From NCBI GenBank assembly GCA_021799255.1, contig JAJZAV010000001.1, positions 1 to 45,822 of the forward strand: a stretch of 45,822 nt of DNA. The letters are read 5' to 3'. Position numbers and translations under genes: made by a program. This DNA comes from Bacillota bacterium (GTDB lineage Bacteria > Bacillota > Bacilli > Alicyclobacillales > Alicyclobacillaceae). Positions 1 to 10,093 of this stretch are shown in pieces. The stretch's first letter is position 1. Each line of letters opens with the position of its first letter. The notes beneath the pieces were generated by a model. That model saw nothing but the letters and a program-made list of their open reading frames with translations. It ran no database searches and was not told the DNA's origin.

Positions 1-407
1 AGCCGGGCATGCGAATCAAAACTGAGTCCGTTACCTCTCGAACGGCCGATGCGACCCTTGCGCCACTGCCTCGTGGAACAAAGTGGGCGCGGATGGATCC
101 AGAACTTCCTCGCAGGTCTATGGGGGTGGTCTTATGGAACCAGGTCCGGATGGAGGTGGGAGCGGATCGAGCGGAGGAGCCGTGGCACCCGATGAAAAAT
201 AGCGCTGGCAGACCGCGCTAATGGGGATCCGCCGGCAGGAACCACGCAGATAGCGCTGCCAAACCGTCTTATGTGGGACGCCGCAGGAGTCGCCAACCAC
301 CATACCCGCGAATAAGGCGGATTGGCAGCGTTATACCGTCACCACCTAAGGTCCATACTCAAATAAGGCGGCCAAACCGCGCTAACTTGCCCCATCCGCA
401 ACGCGAA
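1..407. repeat. Tandem repeat copy A (unit ~406-418 bp, left end cut by window edge), non-coding
   Basis: Aligns end to end with 408-825 (ATCAAAACTGAGTCCGTTACCTC at 15 and 421; identical 75-nt block 212-286 = 629-703). No SD-preceded ORF. Confidence 0.9.
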
Positions 408-825
408 CCCGGGCGTACGAATCAAAACTGAGTCCGTTACCTCCAGCCCCATCCATCGAACGGCCAGTGCGACCCTTGCGCCACTGCGTCGTGGAACAAA
501 TCGGATGCGAATGGGCCCAGACCTTCTTCGCTACCTATGGGGGTGGTCTTATGCAACCAGGCCCGCACGGGGATGGGAGCGGAGCGAGCGGCACAGCCGT
601 GGCACCCGATGAGAAATAGCACGGGCAAACCGCGCTAATGGGGATCCGCCGGCAGGAACCACGCAGATAGCGCTGCCAAACCGTCTTATGTGGGACGCCG
701 CAGAAGTCGCCAACCACCATACGCGCGAATAAGGCGGTTTAGCGGCGTTATACCGTCACCACCTAAGGTCCACACTCAAATAAGACGGCCAAACCGCGCT
801 AAACGAACCAAGACAGCAACGCGAA
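408..825. repeat. Tandem repeat copy B (418 bp), non-coding
   Basis: Starts CCCGGGCGTACGA (408-420), the same junction motif that starts copy C at 826. Its hairpin loop is 12 nt longer than in copy A. Confidence 0.9.
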
Positions 826-960
826 CCCGGGCGTGCGACCCTTGCGCCACTGTTGGGCCCAGACCTCCTTCGCGGCCTATGGGTGTGGTCTTATGAGACC
901 AGGCCCGCATGGGGGTGGGAGCGGGTCGAGGGTAGAAGCGGAAGGAAGCCGCGCCGTTAA
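826..960. repeat. Tandem repeat copy C, truncated and diverged
   Basis: CCCGGGCGTGCGACCCTTGCGCCACTG..GGCCCAGACC..CCTATGGGTGTGGTCTTATGAGACCAGGCCCGCATGGGGGTGGGAGCGG parallels copies A/B. It lacks ~52-nt and ~25-nt internal segments. Similarity fades after ~960. Confidence 0.75.
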
Positions 961-1480
961 CGCCCCTATGGGGAGTAAAGTGGGCATGATGCAGGGCCGT
1001 CATCACAATAGCAGTGCGGCGGGGAGTTAATGGACACCGTTTGGCGGGAGGCCGCATCGTGGGGGCAGAATAACGGTTGAAAAGGGAGTAAACGGCGTGG
1101 GGGTCGATGGACGGAGAGCCGATAACGCCCCAGGGGGGAGCTACCTGGGGGGCCAAGATTTCCGAAGGAAGTCCCACAAGCCTTTGCACCTCAAAACCGA
1201 ACCTGTTACGGTCAACGGCTAATCCGTGATGCAAGGACGGGGCGGGATTGAGTAAAGGGGGGTGAGCCGTGAGCTTGGCAAACGGCCTAACCGAAGGCCC
1301 AGGTGCTGCGCGCGCAACCGTACGCGCAAACGAATTCCCAACCTAAACGATGATACCTCCTCCTCTAGCGCGAAAGCATGTGTTCGCCTGTTGGGATGGG
1401 GAGCGTGTCCGGCGCAGGTTCGCGGGCCGTGATACCACCCGCCAGGTGCAAATACGACGGAGTCAAACGTCAAGGCTGAA
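961..1480 (+). other. Unique GC- and purine-rich non-coding tract continuing from copy C; candidate large structured RNA (class unknown)
   Basis: No credible ORF and no T-runs. Several perfect hairpins (e.g. CCCCAGG 1128-1134 / CCTGGGG 1144-1150) and many GNRA-like loops. G+A excess on the + strand by eye. Confidence 0.35.
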
Positions 1481-1482
1481 GG

Positions 1483-1511
1483 TTGCAAATCACGGTTTCC
1501 AGGTATATTAT
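1483..1511 (+). promoter_or_regulatory. Sigma-A type promoter of the ctsR-clpC operon
   Basis: TTGCAA (1483-1488), 17-nt spacer, TATTAT (1506-1511). It directly abuts the CtsR operator. Confidence 0.7.
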
Positions 1512-1534
1512 AGTCAATGATAGTCAAGGTCAAA
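1512..1534 (+). promoter_or_regulatory. CtsR operator (heptad direct repeats)
   Basis: AGTCAAT-GAT-AGTCAAG plus an overlapping GGTCAAA. This matches the known CtsR box (A/G)GTCAAA-NAN-(A/G)GTCAAA and lies just downstream of the -10. Confidence 0.8.
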
Positions 1535-1690
1535 AACTGTGTATAAGGCACCCTGATAGCCAGACGCGGGTTGCGTGTAGGAGATCGGTGATCTTACCGC
1601 ACGAGACGTGTTATCGAAGCAGAATCCCACTAATGAATCAAGCATCGCGGGAACAGAATGAAGAGGGTCCCATGAGGAATCCGCTGTCGC

Positions 1691-1726
1691 CAAAAGGACC
1701 AAACGTGGCAAAAGGACCAAACGTGC
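1691..1726 (+). repeat. Perfect 17-nt direct repeat at 18-nt period (CAAAAGGACCAAACGTG x2) in the ctsR leader
   Basis: 1691-1707 is identical to 1709-1725. A degenerate third unit (CAAACGGCCCAACCGAACC) follows. Confidence 0.9.
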
Positions 1727-1817
1727 CAAACGGCCCAACCGAACCAAGCAATACGGACCAAGCAGGCCAGTGGGTAGAGCATTCAAACGGAAATCGGTGC
1801 ATTGTGGGGGTGAAGAA

Positions 1818-2291
1818 TTGGCCCGAAGCATCTCCGACATCATTGAGCAATATATCAAGGAAGTGATTCACGGGAGCCGTGCGGGAATGGTGGAAGTGCA
1901 GCGCAGCGAACTGGCTGAGCAGTTTCAGTGTGTTCCGTCCCAGATCAACTACGTGATTGCCACCCGTTTTTCTCCCGAGCATGGATACATCGTCGAGTCA
2001 AAACGTGGTGGCGGAGGCTACATCCGGATTCGTCAGATCCAGTTTGATGAGTCTGAGTCGGTCCTTTCGGTACTGAGGAATCTCGGGTCCAGCATGTCGG
2101 AGCGCGAGGCTGACGGGGTCATCGAGCGGCTTCTGCGCGAGTCCATCATCTCCAATCGAGAGGCGGCCATGTTGCACTCCGCAGTGAAGCGCGAAACGTT
2201 GCAGATTGACCTACCGATGCGTGACGAACTGAGGGCGCGGATCTTGATTGCCGCCATGGTCGCGTTGTTGTCCGAGGATGACGATGATTAA
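1818..2291 (+). CDS. ctsR: CtsR, class III stress gene repressor
   Basis: SISDIIEQYIK...CVPSQINYVIATRF...YIVESKRGGGGYIRI matches the CtsR family. I prefer the TTG at 1818, 5 nt after GGGGGTGA, over the track start at 1770 (GTG, no SD). Confidence 0.9.
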   Translation: MARSISDIIEQYIKEVIHGSRAGMVEVQRSELAEQFQCVPSQINYVIATRFSPEHGYIVESKRGGGGYIRIRQIQFDESESVLSVLRNLGSSMSEREADGVIERLLRESIISNREAAMLHSAVKRETLQIDLPMRDELRARILIAAMVALLSEDDDD

Positions 2292-2340
2292 CATCACGGA
2301 ATGAAATTGACTTTTCGTGATAGCGACCGAGCGAGGTGGC

Positions 2341-2399
2341 GTGACCGCTGTGGCGGACAGCGCCGGATAGCGCCTGACAGCGCCCGTCGCAGCGGTCAC
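2341..2399 (+). promoter_or_regulatory. Intercistronic stem-loop between ctsR and mcsA
   Basis: GTGACCGCTG (2341-2350) pairs with CAGCGGTCAC (2390-2399), extended by GGCGG/CCGTC. The loop carries ACAGCGCC, ATAGCGCC, ACAGCGCC at 2357, 2367, 2377. Confidence 0.6.
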
Positions 2400-2439
2400 A
2401 GAATTGTCGCATTCAGCAAACCCAGAGGAGGGATGGCCC

Positions 2440-2952
2440 GTGATGTGCCAGCGGTGCAATGAGCGTCCCGCAACCGTGCATTTTACGAAGATCGTGAACG
2501 GAGAGCAGAGTGGCTACCATCTGTGTGAGCAGTGTGCAAAGGAACACGGGGGCTTCTTTGCCAAGGCAGCGCAGGCGTTTGACTTCAATCAGCTTCTGAG
2601 TGGGCTACTTAATATGGAGTCGTCTCCAGGTTTTTCAGCGCCCCCAGCCACGTCGTTGCGCTGTTCCTCCTGCGGGATGAGCTACTCGCAGTTTACCGAG
2701 ATTGGACGTCTTGGGTGTCCGAAATGCTACGAAAGCTTTTCCGTCCGGCTCGATCCGCTGCTGCGGCGTATTCAAAACGGCACAGCACATTCTGGCAAGG
2801 TACCCGTAAGATCCGGCGAACAAGTAAAAGTAAGAAAAAACCTGGACACTTTGCGCAAGGAACTTCAAAGTGCCATCGCATCCGAACAATTTGAGCGCGC
2901 CGCCCAACTGCGAGACCAGATTCGCGATCTCGAACAGCGGATGAACCATTGA
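2440..2952 (+). CDS. mcsA: McsA, zinc-finger activator of the McsB arginine kinase
   Basis: MCQRCNERPATVHFTKIVNGE...HLCEQCA plus a second CxxC..CPxC and a C-terminal UVR-like motif (FERAAQLRDQI). Start is GTG 2440 or ATG 2443, after GGAGG at 2427-2431. Confidence 0.88.
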   Translation: MMCQRCNERPATVHFTKIVNGEQSGYHLCEQCAKEHGGFFAKAAQAFDFNQLLSGLLNMESSPGFSAPPATSLRCSSCGMSYSQFTEIGRLGCPKCYESFSVRLDPLLRRIQNGTAHSGKVPVRSGEQVKVRKNLDTLRKELQSAIASEQFERAAQLRDQIRDLEQRMNH

Positions 2953-2968
2953 GAAGGGAGGCTTGGCC

Positions 2969-4045
2969 ATGTCCCTGAGCGACTTCCTACAAACTGCGAT
3001 GAGCCAATGGATGAAAAATGGTGGACCTGAGGACGACATCGTGCTTTCCAGTCGGATACGCGTGGCGCGAAACATCCATGACACGCCGTTTCCGACCCTG
3101 CAGACGGACACCCACGCGAATTATGTGATTGACCAGGTAACGAGCGCTATCGCGACGCCAGAGATGCAGCACCTCGGTACATTCGAACTTCTGCGTTGCG
3201 TCGAGATGTCTCCCCTCGACAGGCAAGTGCTTGTGGAGAAGCATCTCATCAGCCGAGATCTCGCTGAAGGTGGTAAGCACGGAGCCGTGATCCTGCGATC
3301 CGATGAGGTGGCGAGCATCCTCGTGAACGAGGAGGACCACCTACGCATCCAATGCATTATGCCGGGACTTCGACTGAACGAGGCCTGGACGCTGGCAAGC
3401 CAAATTGACGATGCCTTCGAGATGACCTTGGCATACGCCTTTCACGAGCAATACGGATACTTAACCGCGTGCCCGACCAACGTCGGCACGGGCATTCGGG
3501 CATCGGTGATGATGCACCTGCCCGGACTGGTCCTGACAGGGCAGATCAGCCGGATGTTGGCCGCCATATCGCAGGTGGGCCTGACCGTGCGAGGAATTTA
3601 CGGAGAAGGCAGCGAGGCATTAGGAAACATATTTCAGGTATCAAATCAGATGACGCTTGGCGAAACCGAGGAAGAGATTATTGGCAACTTAAGCAGCGTA
3701 GTGAGTCAGTTGATCGATCACGAACGCAACGCCCGTCGTGCTCTCGCCGAAGAGAATCGGGAGGCCCTGGAGGATAGGGTGTGCAGATCGTTCGGGATAC
3801 TGGCGTACGCTAGACGGATGGATTCGAAGGAAACGCTGCAGCGGCTATCCGATGTTCGCCTCGGAATCGACATGGGGATCATCAAGGGAGTTTCGGCTGG
3901 CATCCTAAAGGAACTGATGGTGATGACGCAGCCCGCATTTTTGCAGAAGTATTATCGTCAAGAACTCCACCCGGCAGAACGAGACATTCGGCGGGCGGCA
4001 CTGATTCGAGAACGGCTGAGGATGGACGATACGGAGGTGCGGTAG
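2969..4045 (+). CDS. mcsB: McsB, protein arginine kinase
   Basis: Phosphagen-kinase-like motifs ([30 protein letters not shown]). ATG 2969 lies 7 nt after GGGAGG. Confidence 0.9.
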   Translation: MSLSDFLQTAMSQWMKNGGPEDDIVLSSRIRVARNIHDTPFPTLQTDTHANYVIDQVTSAIATPEMQHLGTFELLRCVEMSPLDRQVLVEKHLISRDLAEGGKHGAVILRSDEVASILVNEEDHLRIQCIMPGLRLNEAWTLASQIDDAFEMTLAYAFHEQYGYLTACPTNVGTGIRASVMMHLPGLVLTGQISRMLAAISQVGLTVRGIYGEGSEALGNIFQVSNQMTLGETEEEIIGNLSSVVSQLIDHERNARRALAEENREALEDRVCRSFGILAYARRMDSKETLQRLSDVRLGIDMGIIKGVSAGILKELMVMTQPAFLQKYYRQELHPAERDIRRAALIRERLRMDDTEVR

Positions 4046-4047
4046 CC

Positions 4048-6495
<2,448 letters not shown>

Positions 6496-6525
6496 CGCGA
6501 GGCAAGGCTACTCGTCTCTTGCTAC

Positions 6526-6579
6526 GGAGGACCGCTCTTACCCACCCTATGCGGTAGGGAGAGTGGTTCTCCTTTTTTT
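6526..6579 (+). terminator. Rho-independent terminator after clpC
   Basis: GGAGGACCGCTCT...AGAGTGGTTCTCC stem (with G-U pairs) followed by TTTTTTT (6573-6579). Confidence 0.7.
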
Positions 6580-6638
6580 GATTTCCCCTCTTCTTCGTCA
6601 TTCTGTAATATGGAAGCGAGTGAAAGGATGGTGAGCTC

Positions 6639-8015
6639 GTGCCATCGAAAACGCGTACGAAGTATGTCTGCCAAGCCTGCGGTCACGAATCGGTTAAATG
6701 GTTGGGAAAGTGTCCGGGGTGTGGCGAGTGGAACACCATGGTGGAAGAAGTGGACGCCTCGCGCTCACGACCGGGGCCAAAAGCCACGTCTTCGCCCCTT
6801 TCTAACGCCGTATCCATCAAAGATGTGCCCACCGCGGTTGACGTGAGGTTCTCCTCCAGAATTCCCGAATTCGACAGGCTGCTAGGCGGTGGCATCGTCC
6901 CTGGATCCTTGCTGCTGATTGGCGGGGATCCGGGTATTGGAAAATCGACGCTATTGCTGCAGATATCCACTGAACTAGCGGACGCGGACGACAAGAGGAC
7001 GGTGCTATACGTGTCTGGCGAGGAGTCGGTCCGCCAGATACGCCTTCGGGCAGAACGACTCGGAGCCCTGGCCGATTCGATGCTCGTGCTGGCCGAGACG
7101 GACTTGGAAAGAGTGGAAGAGGTGGTTGCCCGGATAGAGCCGGGCTTCATCATCATCGATTCCATTCAAACGATGTTTCTCCAGGAGATTTCATCGGCCC
7201 CGGGAAGCGTCTCTCAGATTCGGGAGTGCACCGCACGATTGCTGCGGATTGCCAAGGGCCTTGGCATCGCCACTTGCATCGTCGGGCATGTCACGAAGGA
7301 GGGGAACTTGGCGGGACCACGTCTTCTTGAACACATGGTCGACGCGGTACTATACTTTGAGGGAGATCGCCATCATACTTATAGAATATTACGGGCCGTG
7401 AAAAATCGGTTTGGCTCGACCAATGAACTCGCCATCTTTGAGATGAGAAACGAGGGGCTCCTGCCTGTCGCGAATCCGTCGGAGATGTTTCTCTCGGAAC
7501 GACACGAGGCTGTGCCAGGATCCGCGGTGGTTGCCACACTGGAGGGAACACGCCCGCTTTTGCTGGAAGTGCAAGCGCTCGTGGCCCCCACATCCTTCGG
7601 AACTCCCCGGAGAATGGCGTCCGGTGCCGACTACAACCGCATGAGCCTTCTGTTGGCGGTGCTTGAGCGACGTCTCGGGATGCACGTTCAGAACTTTGAC
7701 GCCTACGTGAACGTTGCAGGCGGCGTCCGCGTCGACGAACCTGCCATTGACTTAGGAATGGCGCTGTCGCTTGCCTCTAGTTTCCGAGACGTCTCGCTGA
7801 GGCCGGGCGACGTGTATATCGGGGAGGTCGGACTTACGGGTGAGGTCAGGTCCGTACCTCGGACGGAGCAGCGGATTCGGGAAGCGGCAAAGCTCGGATT
7901 CTCTCGCTGCGTGGTCCCGTCTCACGGCGCAAAAGGTATTCGGGATCAGCTTGGCATCGAAGTTATTGGAGTGCACTCTCTGGCAGAAGCTGTTGACGTG
8001 GCTCTTGCGCGCTAG
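6639..8015 (+). CDS. radA: RadA/Sms DNA repair protein
   Basis: N-terminal zinc finger CQACGHES..CPGCGEW, Walker A GDPGIGKST, KNRFG motif and a Lon-like C-terminal domain. Confidence 0.95.
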   Translation: MPSKTRTKYVCQACGHESVKWLGKCPGCGEWNTMVEEVDASRSRPGPKATSSPLSNAVSIKDVPTAVDVRFSSRIPEFDRLLGGGIVPGSLLLIGGDPGIGKSTLLLQISTELADADDKRTVLYVSGEESVRQIRLRAERLGALADSMLVLAETDLERVEEVVARIEPGFIIIDSIQTMFLQEISSAPGSVSQIRECTARLLRIAKGLGIATCIVGHVTKEGNLAGPRLLEHMVDAVLYFEGDRHHTYRILRAVKNRFGSTNELAIFEMRNEGLLPVANPSEMFLSERHEAVPGSAVVATLEGTRPLLLEVQALVAPTSFGTPRRMASGADYNRMSLLLAVLERRLGMHVQNFDAYVNVAGGVRVDEPAIDLGMALSLASSFRDVSLRPGDVYIGEVGLTGEVRSVPRTEQRIREAAKLGFSRCVVPSHGAKGIRDQLGIEVIGVHSLAEAVDVALAR

Positions 8016-8109
8016 ACAACAAATGCGGCTGTCGCGCTATGAAGGGTGCGTGGTGACCCTCGTCGGGACCCTGTGACCGTGATGAGCTGTGGGATGTTGA
8101 GGTGGACGA

Positions 8110-9189
8110 ATGCGAGAAGATGTGAAACGTGAGACGGCCATAAACAAAATCTTGAGAATGGTTGCGCCGGGAACCATGTTGCGAGAAGGAATTGAAAACA
8201 TCCTAGCCGCCAAAACGGGAGGTCTCATTGTTGTCGGAGCCACCGATTTAGTCCTGACCTTGATAGATGGTGGTTTTCCCATTCAGTGCGATTTGACTCC
8301 ATCCCACTTGTACGAGCTCGCCAAGATGGACGGAGCCATCGTCATCAGCGAGGATGCCAAACGGGTGCTCTATGCAAACACGAACCTCAACCCGGATCAT
8401 ACGATCCCGACGTCGGAGACGGGAACCCGTCACAGAACCGCGGAGAGAATGGCTAAACAGACGGGGCAACTCGTCGTCTGCATCTCCCAGCGCAGAAACG
8501 TCATTACGTTGTATCAGGGGAATTTTCGGTATTCTCTAAAGGACATTGGCGTCATACTCACGAAGGCCAACCAAGCGATGCAGACGCTTGAGAAATACAA
8601 GTCGGTTTTGGACCAAGCGTTGACGAACCTGAGCGCGCTGGAGTTTGAGGAATTGGTTACGCTGCAGGAAGTCCTTCTCGTGTTGCAAAGGGTTGAGATG
8701 GTCTTACGCATCAAATCGGAGATCAAACGGTATATTACTGAACTTGGGACAGAAGGTCGACTCATCAGCATGCAACTGGACGAACTCGTATCCCGAGTCG
8801 ATGAGGAAGCCTATTTGCTCGTCAAGGACTATGCAACGATGGGAACAGAGGATACTCCTCATCACATTTTAATGAGGATTCACGATCTGTCGTCCGAGGA
8901 GTTGCTCGATGGACACATTCTCGCGCACATCCTCGGCTACCCCAACATAGTAACTCCCAGCGACGAGCCGGTTTCATCCAAGGGATACCGTATACTTAAC
9001 AAGATTACGCGGTTGCCTCAGCCCATCATTGAGAATTTGGTGGAACACTTCTCGTCGTTGAACAACGTTCTCGTGGCGACTACAGACGATCTCGATGCCG
9101 TCGAAGGCGTCGGTACTGTGCGAGCAAGAATGATACGCGATGGCCTAAAATGGATACAGGAACAGGTGTTCATAGATAGGCACATCTGA
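8110..9189 (+). CDS. disA: DisA, DNA integrity scanning protein / diadenylate cyclase
   Basis: DAC-domain motifs (DGAIVIS, RHRTAER) and a C-terminal HhH region. Conserved position after radA. Confidence 0.92.
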   Translation: MREDVKRETAINKILRMVAPGTMLREGIENILAAKTGGLIVVGATDLVLTLIDGGFPIQCDLTPSHLYELAKMDGAIVISEDAKRVLYANTNLNPDHTIPTSETGTRHRTAERMAKQTGQLVVCISQRRNVITLYQGNFRYSLKDIGVILTKANQAMQTLEKYKSVLDQALTNLSALEFEELVTLQEVLLVLQRVEMVLRIKSEIKRYITELGTEGRLISMQLDELVSRVDEEAYLLVKDYATMGTEDTPHHILMRIHDLSSEELLDGHILAHILGYPNIVTPSDEPVSSKGYRILNKITRLPQPIIENLVEHFSSLNNVLVATTDDLDAVEGVGTVRARMIRDGLKWIQEQVFIDRHI

Positions 9190-9219
9190 CCTTTCGGGTT
9201 GACTTGGAGGAACCACCGA

Positions 9220-9954
9220 ATGCATATAAGAGAGGCACTCTCATACATCCCTAGTCTGATGACCTTGGGGAACCTGGTGCTCGGGTTTTCTGCTTTGATG
9301 TTGGTTTACCATGGATACCTTGGGACTTCCGCAATGCTGGTGGTCTTAGGAGCCGTTATCGATGCGTTCGATGGGCGAGTCGCTCGAGCGCTAGGATGCG
9401 TCAGCCTGTTTGGCAAGGAACTCGACTCGTTGTCTGACATTGTGGCGTTTGGTGCTGCTCCGGCGTTTATCATGTACGCGGGGGTCCTCCAATACGACGG
9501 CTGGCTCGGCATCGTGATTGCCATTCTCTTTCCGCTGTGCGGAGCCGTTCGTCTGGCAAGATTCAACGTGCAGTCGTCCTCTTCCCGCTACTTCGTTGGC
9601 TTGCCCATCACGGCCGCAGGGGCGATTTTGGCGACCCTTGTGTTGTATCAAAACGACGTGGGGCCGTCTACCATCGTTATGCCCTTATGCATGTTGATCC
9701 TCTCTTTCCTTATGGTCTCACGCGCGAAGTATCCGAACTTCAAGAGAATCGGTTTTCCAAGATCGGCGACGGTTATGGTACCGTCCTCCATCGTATTTAT
9801 TTATATCGCGTTTCGGTTTGACCGTGCCATTGCCAATCGTCTGGCATTCGTGCCTCTTGCCGTTTACGCCCTCTATGGGATTGTGCGTGCGTTTCGGAAG
9901 CGACCATTGCATGCACCAACGGCGGATCCGGAGGAAGGAACCAAATCAGTTTGA
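9220..9954 (+). CDS. pssA: CDP-diacylglycerol--serine O-phosphatidyltransferase (CDP-alcohol phosphatidyltransferase family)
   Basis: DAFDGRVARALGCVSLFGKELDSLSD fits D-x2-DG-x2-AR-x8-G-x3-D-x3-D. Multi-pass membrane protein. ATG 9220 lies 7 nt after TGGAGGAA. Confidence 0.8.
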   Translation: MHIREALSYIPSLMTLGNLVLGFSALMLVYHGYLGTSAMLVVLGAVIDAFDGRVARALGCVSLFGKELDSLSDIVAFGAAPAFIMYAGVLQYDGWLGIVIAILFPLCGAVRLARFNVQSSSSRYFVGLPITAAGAILATLVLYQNDVGPSTIVMPLCMLILSFLMVSRAKYPNFKRIGFPRSATVMVPSSIVFIYIAFRFDRAIANRLAFVPLAVYALYGIVRAFRKRPLHAPTADPEEGTKSV

Positions 9955-10064
9955 CGTTGGACCGTATAATTTCGAATTAGAGATTTTGATACCGATTTTG
10001 ATGCGGATAAGTAATGGCAATCCAGCGCTTCATTTTGAGGCGCTGTTGAAGTTTTTGACGCAAG

Positions 10065-10093
10065 CTAGACACGGTGTTACACTAGCATCAGAA
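10065..10093 (+). promoter_or_regulatory. Candidate sigma-A promoter (extended -10) in the pssA-yacL spacer
   Basis: TTGACG (10065-10070), 17-nt spacer ending in TGT, then TACACT (10088-10093). Confidence 0.45.

Noticed and set aside
199-388. The 26-nt sub-repeats with 25-38-nt spacers have CRISPR-like dimensions.
   Set aside because: The four repeats within a unit are only about half identical to each other, whereas CRISPR repeats are near-identical. The repeat-plus-spacer block is itself duplicated as part of a 410-bp unit. No cas genes are in the window.
290-400. Local resemblance of CCACCATACCCGCGAATAAGG and CACCTAAGGTCCATACTCAAATAAGG to the 5S rRNA loop C region, and of GATACCTCCTCCTCTA (1351-1366) to the 16S 3' tail, suggested decayed rRNA genes.
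   Set aside because: The matches are short and do not extend into an alignable 5S or 16S sequence by eye. I treat them as possible pareidolia. Only a covariance-model or BLAST search could revive this.
118-720. Two paralogous 61-aa minus-strand ORFs (118-303 and 535-720) conserved between repeat copies might be small proteins.
   Set aside because: Their similarity just mirrors the DNA repeat. Where the DNA differs, the changes are mostly non-synonymous (S/F, Q/P, R/C, D/A, S/C...). There is no SD, and the Pro/Gly/Arg-rich composition is typical of GC-rich non-coding sequence.
1-825. Copies A and B could be a template/variable repeat pair of a diversity-generating retroelement.
   Set aside because: The substitutions between copies are not concentrated at adenines. 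Neither copy lies in a coding region, and no reverse transcriptase is in the window.
1100-1260. GAAGGAAGTCCCAC resembles the RNase P RNA CR-I motif GAGGAAAGUCC.
   Set aside because: The other universally conserved RNase P blocks (the ACAGAA..GGCUUA type and the GGUAA(A/G) regions) are not present in order.
833-1300. Copy C begins with GTGCGAC, like a group II intron 5' end (GUGYG), and GAGCCGTGAGCTTGGCAAACGGC looked like a domain V candidate.
   Set aside because: The putative domain V forms only a ~5-bp stem with an 11-nt loop, not the ~14-bp bulged helix with an AGC triad. There is no intron-encoded protein or recognisable domain VI.
1483-1866. The 127-aa ORF through the ctsR leader translates the 18-nt repeats as KGPNVA-KGPNVP-NGPTEP.
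   Set aside because: It would start inside the -35 hexamer, and its internal ATGs have no SD. It overlaps the real ctsR start out of frame, and the periodicity is explained by the DNA repeat.
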